From: Candidatus Latescibacterota bacterium
Lineage (GTDB): Bacteria > Latescibacterota > UBA2968 > UBA8231
DNA: 64,000 nucleotides
Assembly (NCBI GenBank): GCA_965203175.1
Contig: OZ241867.1
Coordinates: 5,792,001 to 5,856,000, forward strand
Reading direction: 5' to 3'
Of this stretch, positions 8,195-17,794 are shown piece by piece. Numbering within the stretch: the stretch's first letter is position 1; each line of letters opens with the position of its first letter. The position numbers and the translations under genes are program-made. The notes beneath the pieces are model-generated. The model was not told the DNA's origin. It saw only the letters and a program-made list of their open reading frames with translations, and did not search any database.

Positions 8195-10831
8195 ATGTAT
8201 TTGTTTCGCATCCGATCGGCATTGTGTGTAGTACTCTCGCTGCTAGCTCTAGACTGGTACAGCGCTTCGGCCCAGTTGACTACAGGCTATCGGCCCATAG
8301 CCGAGCCAGGGATCTACGGAGTGCGCATCCACCCCGGCGCCCTAGCGCCCAACCGCCGCAAGTTCTACCTGCCGCAAAATCTCTTCTACGAATACGGTTG
8401 GCGGGGCTGGGAGTACAGCAACTACGCCCGCGACGAATACGAGCGCTACGTCGATATACAGCTAGAGGGCAACCGCCACTACGATGCCTTTGGCAACTAC
8501 ATCGCCCGCGGCTGGACGATTTACGACTGGACCGAGAACAACCCCCTGCGCCAGGGCAGCGGCATCTTCAAAAGCCCGCGCTATAGCAGTTGGTTCGACC
8601 GCGTGGTGATCTCGTCTGCCCACAAGGGCCAATTTCACACCGCGCTGACAGTAGGCGACGCCATTCGCACCACCCTAACCCCCCTGACCTTCTCTAAACC
8701 AACCTTTAACGGCATCCAGTGGGACTTCCTCTCCGACAAGTACGCATTCACGTTCCTCGGCTCGCGCATCAGCTCACCGGCCAACCCGGCCGGGACCCAG
8801 TCTCAGGCCGCAGCCCTGGTGGAAAACTCCACCCGCCTGCTCGGTGGCCGGGGCGTGGCCCAAGTGGGAGACTTTGCCAAGGTGGGGGCGACGTGGGTCA
8901 GTGCCCACAACGCGCGGAGCACCCTCGACATGGGCGACAATTCGCTCAAGGGCGTGTTGACCACGCCGCAGAACACGGGCAGCGTCGAGACCGTGACGAT
9001 CCTCATCTCAGACGATTCTCCCGAGTCGAGCGAAGACGGCGCGCTGCTATTTTTCGACCGAGTGCTAATCGACGGCGAGATTCACCCGGAAATCACCCCA
9101 ATCGTCCGCGGCGGGATCCGCACCGGCGGCAGCTTGGAAGCCAAGGGTGTGGACAACATCGAACTGATCTACGACATCCGCAACAGCTTCCGGCCCACCG
9201 AAAAGGTGCCAACCTATCAGGAGGCGAGTAAAATCGAGTTCGAGTTGATTCTGGCCAACGACTACCGAGTAGCCGTCACGTCCAACGTGCAAACCGACCG
9301 CTTGGGCGATCCAGTCTTTTTGCCCGTGGCGCAAGCCGAAGGCGAAATATCCGACGGGTCGAACCAGCAATTTCTGCGCTTTGAGTACGGGCTGCCCACC
9401 GGCAGCGATGTAATAGGGGTAGATTTTGAGATTCTAAGCCTCGGCGGGTTAGACCTGCGCGCCGAGTTCGTGCGCAACCGGCGCTTCCGGCGCTTCCCCA
9501 ACCAAAACCTAGAGCAACACACCCTCGCCGAAGACAAGGGAGAGGCCGGTTATGTCACCGCGTCTTACGCTTCTTATCCGTGGTTTGCCTACGGCGAGAT
9601 GTTCACCATGGACCCCAATTACAGCACGACTGCGTTCATGGCCAACTCGCTGGGCGGCATCGATTACAGCAGTGAAATTTTCCACCTCTTCGAATTCGTC
9701 GATGACAACGACGACCAAGATCGCTTTGCCGACTGGCAGCGGGCCGGCCAATTCGGCACCGGGATAGGCGCTTCGGGCGGCTCGGTGGGTGCCGACTTAG
9801 CGGTGTTCCCCGGGCTAGACGAGAACAACGATTTCGTCTCCGACTTCAACCAAAACCGCAACTCGCGGCCCGACTACGACGAGCCTTTCCTGCGCTATGA
9901 GGTCGATCCGCCGGCTTTTCTCTTCGGCATGGACATGAACAACAACACCCTGATTGACCGCTTTGAAGACGACCGCCAGCCCGACTATCCCTACGACCGC
10001 GATCACCGTGGCTACAACGCCTACGGCGGCTTTATGCTCAGCGAGGACGCACAGCTAACCCTCGGCCGCTTGAGCGAACGCCAGCTAAGCTCGGCGCGCA
10101 AGAGCAAAGCCAACTACGGTTTGTTCACCGTGCGCTGGAACTTCCCGGGCTTGCGGGTCGCGCTCTTTGAACACGCGAAACTCGTGTCAGACAACATCCG
10201 AGAAGACCGCTTGCTGTGGGTTGACCCAACGGGACGGACGGACTTTACTGATCCGCTCGACAACCAAGACACTTTCGTTAACAGCATCTACTTGCAGGCG
10301 AACTACAATCGCATCCGCAACTTCAGGGCGACCGCCAAAGTCAAACACGAGCTTTTCAACCAGCGGGGTGAGCAGGCTGCCGACAAGCGCGACCGCTCGT
10401 TTTTCGGGCTGATCACCAAAGCCGACTACACCATTCCCATCGGCGCGGATCTGACCATCTGGCCCAAGTGGAAGAGTACCTTCAGGCGCGAAACCCCCAC
10501 CGATCTGTCGCAGGCCAATATCCGCGAGCTAGAGGAAACCCTGTTCTTGGTTTCGCGCTATGCGATCCTCGAACAGACTTGGATCGCGCTCGGCCTAGAG
10601 TTCAGTTGGTTTGAAAACTTGCGCGACCGGCCGGCCGAGCTACAAGTCGGTTATGCCGAGGACTTTACCAGCCGCGTCTATTCGATCCTGTTCTCCAATA
10701 CTTCGGCCTATTTGGGGTACCAGCTAACCTTGAATGCGGGCCTGCAGCTAGAGGAACAAAACTTTGAGGCCGAGAAGCGCAACACCTCGCTTGGGTTCAT
10801 TCGCATTTTCGCCAGCACCGGCCAAGAGTAA
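8195..10831 (+). CDS. Large exported protein, probable outer-membrane beta-barrel with Asp/Asn-rich Ca-binding-like loops
   Basis: ATG at 8195 after GAGGGG; signal peptide; DDNDDQD, DENNDFVSD and DMNNNTLID motifs; amphipathic beta-strand pattern in the C-terminal third. Confidence 0.55.
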   Translation: MYLFRIRSALCVVLSLLALDWYSASAQLTTGYRPIAEPGIYGVRIHPGALAPNRRKFYLPQNLFYEYGWRGWEYSNYARDEYERYVDIQLEGNRHYDAFGNYIARGWTIYDWTENNPLRQGSGIFKSPRYSSWFDRVVISSAHKGQFHTALTVGDAIRTTLTPLTFSKPTFNGIQWDFLSDKYAFTFLGSRISSPANPAGTQSQAAALVENSTRLLGGRGVAQVGDFAKVGATWVSAHNARSTLDMGDNSLKGVLTTPQNTGSVETVTILISDDSPESSEDGALLFFDRVLIDGEIHPEITPIVRGGIRTGGSLEAKGVDNIELIYDIRNSFRPTEKVPTYQEASKIEFELILANDYRVAVTSNVQTDRLGDPVFLPVAQAEGEISDGSNQQFLRFEYGLPTGSDVIGVDFEILSLGGLDLRAEFVRNRRFRRFPNQNLEQHTLAEDKGEAGYVTASYASYPWFAYGEMFTMDPNYSTTAFMANSLGGIDYSSEIFHLFEFVDDNDDQDRFADWQRAGQFGTGIGASGGSVGADLAVFPGLDENNDFVSDFNQNRNSRPDYDEPFLRYEVDPPAFLFGMDMNNNTLIDRFEDDRQPDYPYDRDHRGYNAYGGFMLSEDAQLTLGRLSERQLSSARKSKANYGLFTVRWNFPGLRVALFEHAKLVSDNIREDRLLWVDPTGRTDFTDPLDNQDTFVNSIYLQANYNRIRNFRATAKVKHELFNQRGEQAADKRDRSFFGLITKADYTIPIGADLTIWPKWKSTFRRETPTDLSQANIRELEETLFLVSRYAILEQTWIALGLEFSWFENLRDRPAELQVGYAEDFTSRVYSILFSNTSAYLGYQLTLNAGLQLEEQNFEAEKRNTSLGFIRIFASTGQE

Positions 10832-10853
10832 GAAGAACCGGCGAACATTGAAC

Positions 10854-10882
10854 TTGCTAAGCCCCCTTAAAAAACGTAATAT
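10854..10882 (+). promoter_or_regulatory. Putative sigma70 promoter upstream of 10941
   Basis: TTGCTA-N17-TAATAT. Confidence 0.4.
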
Positions 10883-10940
10883 AGTGCGTCTTAGAAGATG
10901 AATCGTCGATAGCTACACCACTATCCCACGGAGGGAACGT

Positions 10941-11870
10941 ATGAAAAAAATCCTTTTTCTTTCTGTCGTTTGCGCTGCAGCGTTCGCCTTAGTCAGTCCG
11001 GCTAACGCGCACGTCGGCGCTGAGTATTTCATCCCAGGAGTGCCCAACCCCAGCGCCATGACCATCGATGGCCTCGAAGACGATTGGGGCTGGTTGGACG
11101 AGGAATTTATCCTCACGACCGAGGGCATGTTTACCGCCGGGGGTGAGACCATTGAGAAGGAAGACTACGACGTCAGCATTCTGATGGCGTGGAGCACGCC
11201 ACCGGATAATCGCTTCTACTTCTTCATTCGCGTTCAAGACGACACCCTGCGTCTAATCGAAGAAGACCAGAAACGCTGGTGGAACGACGACTGCATTCAG
11301 ATCACCTTCGATCCGGATCACTCGGGCGGCGACTTCTTGGGCGAAAACGTCGATCAGGTTCTCAACGCGCAGCGCTATCACCTGCGCATCAAGCCGCTGC
11401 CGGGCCAGCCCGTGGCGTACAACAGCTTGCTCGAATACATCGACTTGCCGCCGATCGGCTGGAGTTCGGATATGTTTGAGGGCGAACCTACGGGCGACAT
11501 CTTCGAGATCGCCTGGACCGTCAATCCACCGGATGCCGAGCATTTCTCGACCAATGTCTCTTACACCTTCGAGTTCCGCAACGCTTTTTGGGACATCCAC
11601 GGTGTGACCCAAGACGAGGCGATTCGGCACATATTCGAAAATGATCAAGTGACCCATATCGGCGTGCGTCCGCTCGATGGCGACGGCGGCGAGACCGGTG
11701 CCAAGCATCAGCTTTATCCGCTGGGTGGCTCCACAGGTCAAGACCAGAAGGGCGACCAGATGCTCGACTATATCCTGCTGGAGGCCGACGAAGTCGAAAT
11801 CGAGGACACGGCGGTCGAAGCCACAAGTTGGGGTCGAGTCAAGAGTCATTTGAACAGCCAGCTCGACTAA
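10941..11870 (+). CDS. Secreted CBM9/DOMON-like sugar-binding protein with C-terminal TAVExxSWGxVK motif
   Basis: RBS GGAGG; signal peptide; TIDGLEDDW, FYFFIRVQDD and WNDDCIQITFDPDHSGG motifs; tail DTAVEATSWGRVKS. Confidence 0.65.
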   Translation: MKKILFLSVVCAAAFALVSPANAHVGAEYFIPGVPNPSAMTIDGLEDDWGWLDEEFILTTEGMFTAGGETIEKEDYDVSILMAWSTPPDNRFYFFIRVQDDTLRLIEEDQKRWWNDDCIQITFDPDHSGGDFLGENVDQVLNAQRYHLRIKPLPGQPVAYNSLLEYIDLPPIGWSSDMFEGEPTGDIFEIAWTVNPPDAEHFSTNVSYTFEFRNAFWDIHGVTQDEAIRHIFENDQVTHIGVRPLDGDGGETGAKHQLYPLGGSTGQDQKGDQMLDYILLEADEVEIEDTAVEATSWGRVKSHLNSQLD

Positions 11871-11905
11871 GCAAAGGCTGTATTGCATCAGCCGTCTAGC
11901 AAAGA

Positions 11906-11929
11906 GAGGAGGGGCAACTGCCCCTCCTC
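11906..11929 (+). terminator. Stem-loop, probable intrinsic terminator or mRNA stabiliser after 10941..11870
   Basis: GAGGAGGGGC-AACT-GCCCCTCCTC is a perfect 10-bp stem, followed by a weak T-rich tract. Confidence 0.65.
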
Positions 11930-11973
11930 ATCTTGTATTAATAGCTTTGGCCAACAAAGAAGCGAGGATAGCC

Positions 11974-12729
11974 ATGAAGCCATTGGGTAGCTTGCTCCTA
12001 TTGCTAATCGCGCTCGCCGGATGCGGCTTAAAGTTCGGGTATCGGCACTTTACCGGTCCGGTGGTGCCCGCGGAAATCGCGGACGACAACTACTTGGTCG
12101 GCGACGACCACAGCATCACTTTCGTCAAAGATCGTCTAGAGGTAGCGATGTTGCCCATGTCGTCCGAGGCCCTGAATCGGCAATTCGCCGGCGTCTCAGC
12201 GGCTCCTGAGGGCTTTACCCTGCCCAATCCCTACGCCGTGGCTACCAATCCCTATACCTATGGCGATTGGACGCCGCCCGGCGAAGAGGAGGCTCCGACG
12301 CGATTTACCGTATTTTTGGTCAAAGTCAAAAACTACGCCTATCCCAAAGTTCGCCTAAATCCAGCCAACATCGAATTGATCGCCCCCAACGGGCGTCGCT
12401 ACGAGGCGCTCAGTCTCCTCTCCCTGACCGAGTACTATTGGCCCTACGCCCAAGCCTACGGCGGCAATGCGCGCAAGGGGTTCAAGGAGCGGCGCGATCT
12501 CTTGAATCGCACCCTGTTTGCCGACGACATGATCTTCAGCGGCCAAGAGCAAGAGGGATATTTGGTCTTTCCCCCTCTCGACCGCGACGTCGAGGAATTC
12601 ACGCTGTGGGTCCGCGATATGGTGCTGAGATTCGACTTCCGCGACGCACCTGTGGAGACTGTGGATATACCCTATGACTTCCAGCGCGAAGTGTACTACG
12701 CCCGGACTCGGCGTGCAGATAAGAGTTGA
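11974..12729 (+). CDS. Lipoprotein of unknown function
   Basis: ATG at 11974 after GAGG; lipobox LAGC. Confidence 0.7.
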   Translation: MKPLGSLLLLLIALAGCGLKFGYRHFTGPVVPAEIADDNYLVGDDHSITFVKDRLEVAMLPMSSEALNRQFAGVSAAPEGFTLPNPYAVATNPYTYGDWTPPGEEEAPTRFTVFLVKVKNYAYPKVRLNPANIELIAPNGRRYEALSLLSLTEYYWPYAQAYGGNARKGFKERRDLLNRTLFADDMIFSGQEQEGYLVFPPLDRDVEEFTLWVRDMVLRFDFRDAPVETVDIPYDFQREVYYARTRRADKS

Positions 12730-12730
12730 A

Positions 12731-14401
12731 ATGGCGGCGCGTGCGATCGGTTGTTTGTCTCTGGTCATTATCGCCGCCTGTAGTTCCCCCCAAGACGATA
12801 CAAGCATCGTAGCCCGCGTGGGCGAAGTCGCTATTACTTTCGAAGATTTACAGCGCTTCAAAAGCGACATGCCTCCCCTCCTACTCTCTGAGCGTGAAGG
12901 CGTCGCTGCATTCGACGAATACCTCCAAGCAATGATCGACATGGAGCTCCTGTTGCTAGAGGCGCGAAGGAGACAGATTGACAGCGACCCAGATTTTATA
13001 GAGCAATGGGAACAGGAGCGGGGAAAAAAGCTCTTCCAGGAATTCGTCAAGCTGGAAATCCAAGACAAAATCGACCTGCCGCAAGAGGAAATACAACGGC
13101 AGTGGGGCGAGAGCAAGTGGAACCGGCTACTAAAACTTGCCCGTATCCGCTCAGGTACCGCCGACGAGGCCGCCCAGGCCCTGCGTGTCCTAGAGAATGG
13201 GACCCCGTTTGAGGAACTGTCCGGCCAACCCCTGACCCACCTTCAGCAAGGGAGTCACCAGGGGGAGTTGAACTCCTACGTTGGACGGGACAATATCGAA
13301 GAGTTCGGGGTTTCGCTCGATGTGGCGGAGGTGCTCTTTGATCTCGCTAAAGGCGAGACTAGCGCGCCGCTGAAGGTCGAAGCCGGCTACGACATATATA
13401 AGGTGTTGGACGAACGTCCCGCGCCGGCCAGCTATTACTTAGTCTTTTCCCAAGGGGTGCTAATGGCCACCTTCGGCGAACGTCGGCGAGCGCTCATTAC
13501 CGAGTTGATGGGGGAATACAATGTCGAACTGGATCCCCATAGTATCGCCGAGTTAGCCACCAGCGTCGCCCAAGACAATGTGGAGGCTATCGACGCAGAG
13601 GGCATTCTGGGCCGATACGACGGTGGCCAGATCACACTAGCTGATTTCCTAGCGCTCTACCCGAAGGTGCGTCGGGTCGCCTCAGTGGGCACCGACAGTA
13701 GCGGTATTGATGAGTTCGTCCGGCTCTATCTGGTGCCCGAGGTACTCTTCCCCGTGGCAATCGAACGCCGCGGCTTGGCGCAGGAGTCGGCGATATCCGA
13801 CTGGCTGCGGATGAAAAAACGCGCGATGCTCATCGAAGAGCTGCGCCGCCGCGACGTGGAAGAGCACGTCGATCTGAGCGAAGATGTGCTTCGACGCTAC
13901 TACGAGGCCAATCAGCATCGTTTCATGGAAGATCGAGAAGTGACCGTGCAGGAGATCCTAGTTGCCACCCAAGAAGAGGCGGAGGCGCTAGCGGCACGCA
14001 TTCGAGCGGGTGCAGATATGGCGGCCTTGGCTGCAAGTCGCAGCATCCGCCAAGGCCGCGACGAGGGGCACTTCCACATCCACTCCTTTGAGCGGGTGGT
14101 TTTCGGTGAGCTGTTGACAGAGGCCCTAGCCGCGGAGGTTGGCGTGCTCACTGGTCCGGTGGCCATCACTGAGACTCCACACCGCCAAGGTGGTTTCTCG
14201 CTGTTTAAAGTCCTAGAAAAGACCCCTGAAAAGCCCAAGCCATACGACGAGGTAGTCAAACAAGTTCGCTACTGGTGGACCAAGGGGGAGGAAAATCGCC
14301 TCTATAAAGAACTGACTGACCGCCTGCGGGAAAAGTATGCCGCACAAATCTCCATCTACGAGGATCACTTGGCGACCATGTATGACGCGGCTCAGCTATA
14401 G
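12731..14401 (+). CDS. PpiC/parvulin-type peptidyl-prolyl isomerase lipoprotein (SurA/PrsA-like foldase)
   Basis: Lipobox IAAC; IVARVGEVAIT; two rotamase-like domains (VQEILVATQEEAEALAARIRAGADMAALAASRSI). Confidence 0.8.
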   Translation: MAARAIGCLSLVIIAACSSPQDDTSIVARVGEVAITFEDLQRFKSDMPPLLLSEREGVAAFDEYLQAMIDMELLLLEARRRQIDSDPDFIEQWEQERGKKLFQEFVKLEIQDKIDLPQEEIQRQWGESKWNRLLKLARIRSGTADEAAQALRVLENGTPFEELSGQPLTHLQQGSHQGELNSYVGRDNIEEFGVSLDVAEVLFDLAKGETSAPLKVEAGYDIYKVLDERPAPASYYLVFSQGVLMATFGERRRALITELMGEYNVELDPHSIAELATSVAQDNVEAIDAEGILGRYDGGQITLADFLALYPKVRRVASVGTDSSGIDEFVRLYLVPEVLFPVAIERRGLAQESAISDWLRMKKRAMLIEELRRRDVEEHVDLSEDVLRRYYEANQHRFMEDREVTVQEILVATQEEAEALAARIRAGADMAALAASRSIRQGRDEGHFHIHSFERVVFGELLTEALAAEVGVLTGPVAITETPHRQGGFSLFKVLEKTPEKPKPYDEVVKQVRYWWTKGEENRLYKELTDRLREKYAAQISIYEDHLATMYDAAQL

Positions 14402-15746
14402 GGCACTAGGTTTTCTCGCCTGCGCATTGCTTTGCGCTTGCGACGGCGACGGCGACAGCGATCACTTAGCAGAAGCCAAGCGTCTAGCGACAGAGGGCAA
14501 ATACACCGATGCCGTCGCCGCGTGTACCCAGATCCTCGCAGCCAACCGCCAGCACCTTGAAGCTCTCTTGCTCTTGGCCCGCCTCAATCTGGTTCAAGGT
14601 CATCTAGCGCAGGCGGCGCAACTGGCCGAACAGGCCGTACAGCTAGCCCCTGATCACGCCGATACCTATCTCCTTTTGGGCGATATCTACGTCCGGCAGC
14701 GACGCAATGCCGATGCCGTGCTCATCTATCAAGAGGGTCTGCACGCCGCCCCCGAGCGGGGGGACTTCTACCGCAAACTCGCCAGAGCCTACGCCGACGA
14801 CGGACACTACAGCGAAGCCATAGAGGCCCTCCAGCAAGCCCTCAAACGCTCCGACGACGCGGCCATCCACTACAATTTGGGCGTGGTCTATGAGCGGCAG
14901 GCGCGCTACGAAGAGGCCAGCCGCGCATTTACCCGCACCACTGAGATAGACACAGCCTATGGCGACGCTTATTTCCGGTTGGGGCAAATCCGCGGCAATC
15001 AGGGCCTATTCGAAGAGGCTGCGGCTAACTTCGCGCGCATGATCAGCCTGGATCCAGACTACGCCCCGCCCTACACTGGGCTTGGCCAAGTCCGCATGCA
15101 GCAGGGCCGCTTAGACGAAGCCGAGCGCCTCTTTAAGCAAGCCATTGTCCTTGATCCTTTTGAGGCCGAAGCCTACCACCGACTCGGCACGCTCTTTTTG
15201 CGGCAGGGAGCCCAAGATCAAGGCGAGAAGCTCTTAGCCATGTTCAAACGCATCCAACCCGTCAGCGCCGACATCGAGCGTTTCCGCTATATCCTCAATA
15301 TCTACCCCGACGACGCCAACGCGCACTACAACCTAGGGGTGCTCTACGGAGGTCTTGGTCGCTACGCCGAGGCGGGCGTTGAGTACGCCTCGGCATTGCG
15401 CATCAACGACCAAGATCTCAGTGCCCGCAACAACTTGGCCAATGTTCTACTGCGGCAGGGACGCATTGACGAAGCGATCCACCACTACGAGATCGTGCTG
15501 GCGCTCAATCCGCGCTATGCCCAGGGCTTTAACAATCTGGGCTCGGCCTATATGATGAACGGCGATTTGCAGCAAGCCATCCAGGCTTTTGCCAAGGCGC
15601 TCAAGCTAGCGCCGGACAACGCCGATACTCACTTCAACCTTGCCCGTCTTTACAAAAGCCAGGGGCTGGATGCACGGGCCGATGCTGAGATGAAAATCTA
15701 CAATCAGCTTGTACAGGCGGCTAAAAAGAAAGAACACAGTGAGTGA
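14382..15746 (+). CDS. Tetratricopeptide-repeat lipoprotein
   Basis: Lipobox LCAC; about 10 TPR motifs (e.g. AHYNLGVLY, ARNNLANVL, GFNNLGSAY). Confidence 0.9.
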   Translation: MTRLSYRALGFLACALLCACDGDGDSDHLAEAKRLATEGKYTDAVAACTQILAANRQHLEALLLLARLNLVQGHLAQAAQLAEQAVQLAPDHADTYLLLGDIYVRQRRNADAVLIYQEGLHAAPERGDFYRKLARAYADDGHYSEAIEALQQALKRSDDAAIHYNLGVVYERQARYEEASRAFTRTTEIDTAYGDAYFRLGQIRGNQGLFEEAAANFARMISLDPDYAPPYTGLGQVRMQQGRLDEAERLFKQAIVLDPFEAEAYHRLGTLFLRQGAQDQGEKLLAMFKRIQPVSADIERFRYILNIYPDDANAHYNLGVLYGGLGRYAEAGVEYASALRINDQDLSARNNLANVLLRQGRIDEAIHHYEIVLALNPRYAQGFNNLGSAYMMNGDLQQAIQAFAKALKLAPDNADTHFNLARLYKSQGLDARADAEMKIYNQLVQAAKKKEHSE

Positions 15747-17256
15747 AGAACAGCTAAACTACCAAAACCGCTTGCTGCTCTACGGCACCGTAACCATCTC
15801 CGGGGCGGCGGTGATGATGCTAGAGCTATTGGGCACGCGCATCATCGGCCCCTTTTACGGGGTCAGTCTCTACGTGTGGTCTTCGCTCATATCCGTCGCT
15901 TTGATCGCCTTGGCGCTGGGTTATTATCTCGGCGGCTTGGTCGCCGACAAACAGACGCACTTTCGGCTTTCCTACGCGATAGCACTCGCCGGGCTGACGA
16001 CGGCCGCGATTCCGCTTGTCTGCCGCCCGATCTTGTTATGGACTAATGATCTGGGGCTGCGCGCCGGGGCCTTCACCAGTGCCCTGCTGCTTTTTTCTCT
16101 GCCGCTGACCTGCCTCGGGATGGTGGGGCCACAGGTAATCGAACTGGCGGCGCGGCGGCGGGCTGGCGTGGGCATGGCAGCCGGCTCGGTCTTTGCCGTC
16201 AGCACGGTCGGCAGCGTGGTGGGCACCTTGCTGTTGGGGTTTTTCTTGCTGCCGGCCCTTGGGTCGCGGGTGATCCTCTACGGAGTTAGTGCGGCTTTGA
16301 TCCTGTTAGCACTCATCGTGGCACTATACGAGCGACGGTGGGGGCACGCAGCGGTAGGACCGGTCGCAGCCGCGGCGATTGTGACCGGCGCGACGCTCTG
16401 GTTACAGACCGACCCAAAGCCGACCGAATACGGGAATTATCGCCTAGTCCACCAAGCCGAAAGCCACTACGGCTGGGTGCGGGTCGTCGATGACCGCGAC
16501 CGCCGAGTGCGGTGGATGCTGTCGGACGCTTCAGTCATCAGCGCGCTGCGGCTCGACACGCGCGGGCCGGTGCTCAGCTACCAAAAAATCATCGCCGACC
16601 TGCCCCAATTGCACCCAGAGGGGCGCAATGCGCTGCTGATCGGCCTCGGCGGCGGCTACATTGCCATGGCCTTTGCGGCCCAAGGCATTGCCACCGACGC
16701 GCTAGAACTGGACCCAGAGGTGGCTAAAGCCGCGCAGCAATACTTTCTCTACGAGCCATCGGGCGCGCTGCTGGTCGGCGATGCCCGCTACGAAATCCGC
16801 CGCTTGGACCAGCAATACGACTTCATCGTCCACGACTGCTTTACCGGCGGATCTGTGCCCAGCCACCTGCTGAGTGTCGAAATGCTCCGCGAGCTCGACC
16901 GGCTCCTCAAAGACGACGGCCTCTTAGCCCTAAACTTCGTCGGCTTCACCGAAGGGCCAGAAGCCGATGCCGCGGCGGCCGTGTACCGGACGCTGGGCGA
17001 GGTCTATCCGCACCGGCTAGCCCTCGTCTCGCTGCCGGGCGAAGCGTTTAACGACTTTGTCTTCTTAGCTGCGCGGCAGCCGATTTCCCCGACGGATGAG
17101 GCCGCGTGGCTCGCGGCACACGAACATCCCATGCCCGCCAAGGGCGAACTCATCACCGACGACTTCAACCCGCTTGAACGGCTGCAAGTGGCCAAAGCCG
17201 AGCGCTACCGGGCCCTCTTGCTAGAGCGCATGGGGCCGATGCTGCTGGCCTTCTGA
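15739..17256 (+). CDS. Fused membrane domain / spermidine-synthase-like methyltransferase
   Basis: N-terminal TM bundle (MMLELLGTRIIGPFYGVSLYVWS); SAM motif LLIGLGGG; ELDPEV, GDAR, YDFIVHDCF, LITDDFNPLE. Confidence 0.85.
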   Translation: MSEEQLNYQNRLLLYGTVTISGAAVMMLELLGTRIIGPFYGVSLYVWSSLISVALIALALGYYLGGLVADKQTHFRLSYAIALAGLTTAAIPLVCRPILLWTNDLGLRAGAFTSALLLFSLPLTCLGMVGPQVIELAARRRAGVGMAAGSVFAVSTVGSVVGTLLLGFFLLPALGSRVILYGVSAALILLALIVALYERRWGHAAVGPVAAAAIVTGATLWLQTDPKPTEYGNYRLVHQAESHYGWVRVVDDRDRRVRWMLSDASVISALRLDTRGPVLSYQKIIADLPQLHPEGRNALLIGLGGGYIAMAFAAQGIATDALELDPEVAKAAQQYFLYEPSGALLVGDARYEIRRLDQQYDFIVHDCFTGGSVPSHLLSVEMLRELDRLLKDDGLLALNFVGFTEGPEADAAAAVYRTLGEVYPHRLALVSLPGEAFNDFVFLAARQPISPTDEAAWLAAHEHPMPAKGELITDDFNPLERLQVAKAERYRALLLERMGPMLLAF

Positions 17257-17272
17257 CAAAAGGAGTGTTGCC

Positions 17273-17791
17273 GTGCTAAAAATTCTCAAGGTTCCCGTGG
17301 AGCCATTGACCCCCTCGGCTTTTGCCCCTTTCGGGCAAGTCATCTCCACCTTTGACGAGGCCAAACCCGAGGTCGTGGTGGGCGCACTCGTCGAGCGCGC
17401 ATACACCGTGCGGGCCGAGGTCAAAGACCCCTCATCCGACCAGCTCGACCTATCCGAAGGCCGGCTGCGGGCGCACTTTGCCTTTCACGACGACGCTGGG
17501 CAGTCCTTCTATCCGAGTCGGCACTGTCCGACCGTATTTTTCGTGGCCCCGATCCAGCCCATGATCGAGCCGGAGGATCTGCGCGCCTTTTACTCCGACG
17601 GCAGCACCGGCATCTGCATGCACCTAAAGGTGTGGCACACCATGCCCGTGTGCCTGCGCGGCGAGGAGGTGTACTTAACCGCGCGCGGCAACCAGAACTA
17701 TCACGACCACTCAGTCGATGTCCACTTCGACCAAGACCGCGGCTTGGCCCTGCTGCCCGACATGAGCAGCGTCCCCAACTGGCAGGAGTAG
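17273..17791 (+). CDS. Ureidoglycolate-lyase-like cupin protein (copy 1)
   Basis: VEPLTPSAFAPFGQVI N-terminus; H..GQSFYP; LRAF; VWHT motif. Confidence 0.7.
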   Translation: MLKILKVPVEPLTPSAFAPFGQVISTFDEAKPEVVVGALVERAYTVRAEVKDPSSDQLDLSEGRLRAHFAFHDDAGQSFYPSRHCPTVFFVAPIQPMIEPEDLRAFYSDGSTGICMHLKVWHTMPVCLRGEEVYLTARGNQNYHDHSVDVHFDQDRGLALLPDMSSVPNWQE

Positions 17792-17794
17792 CCA

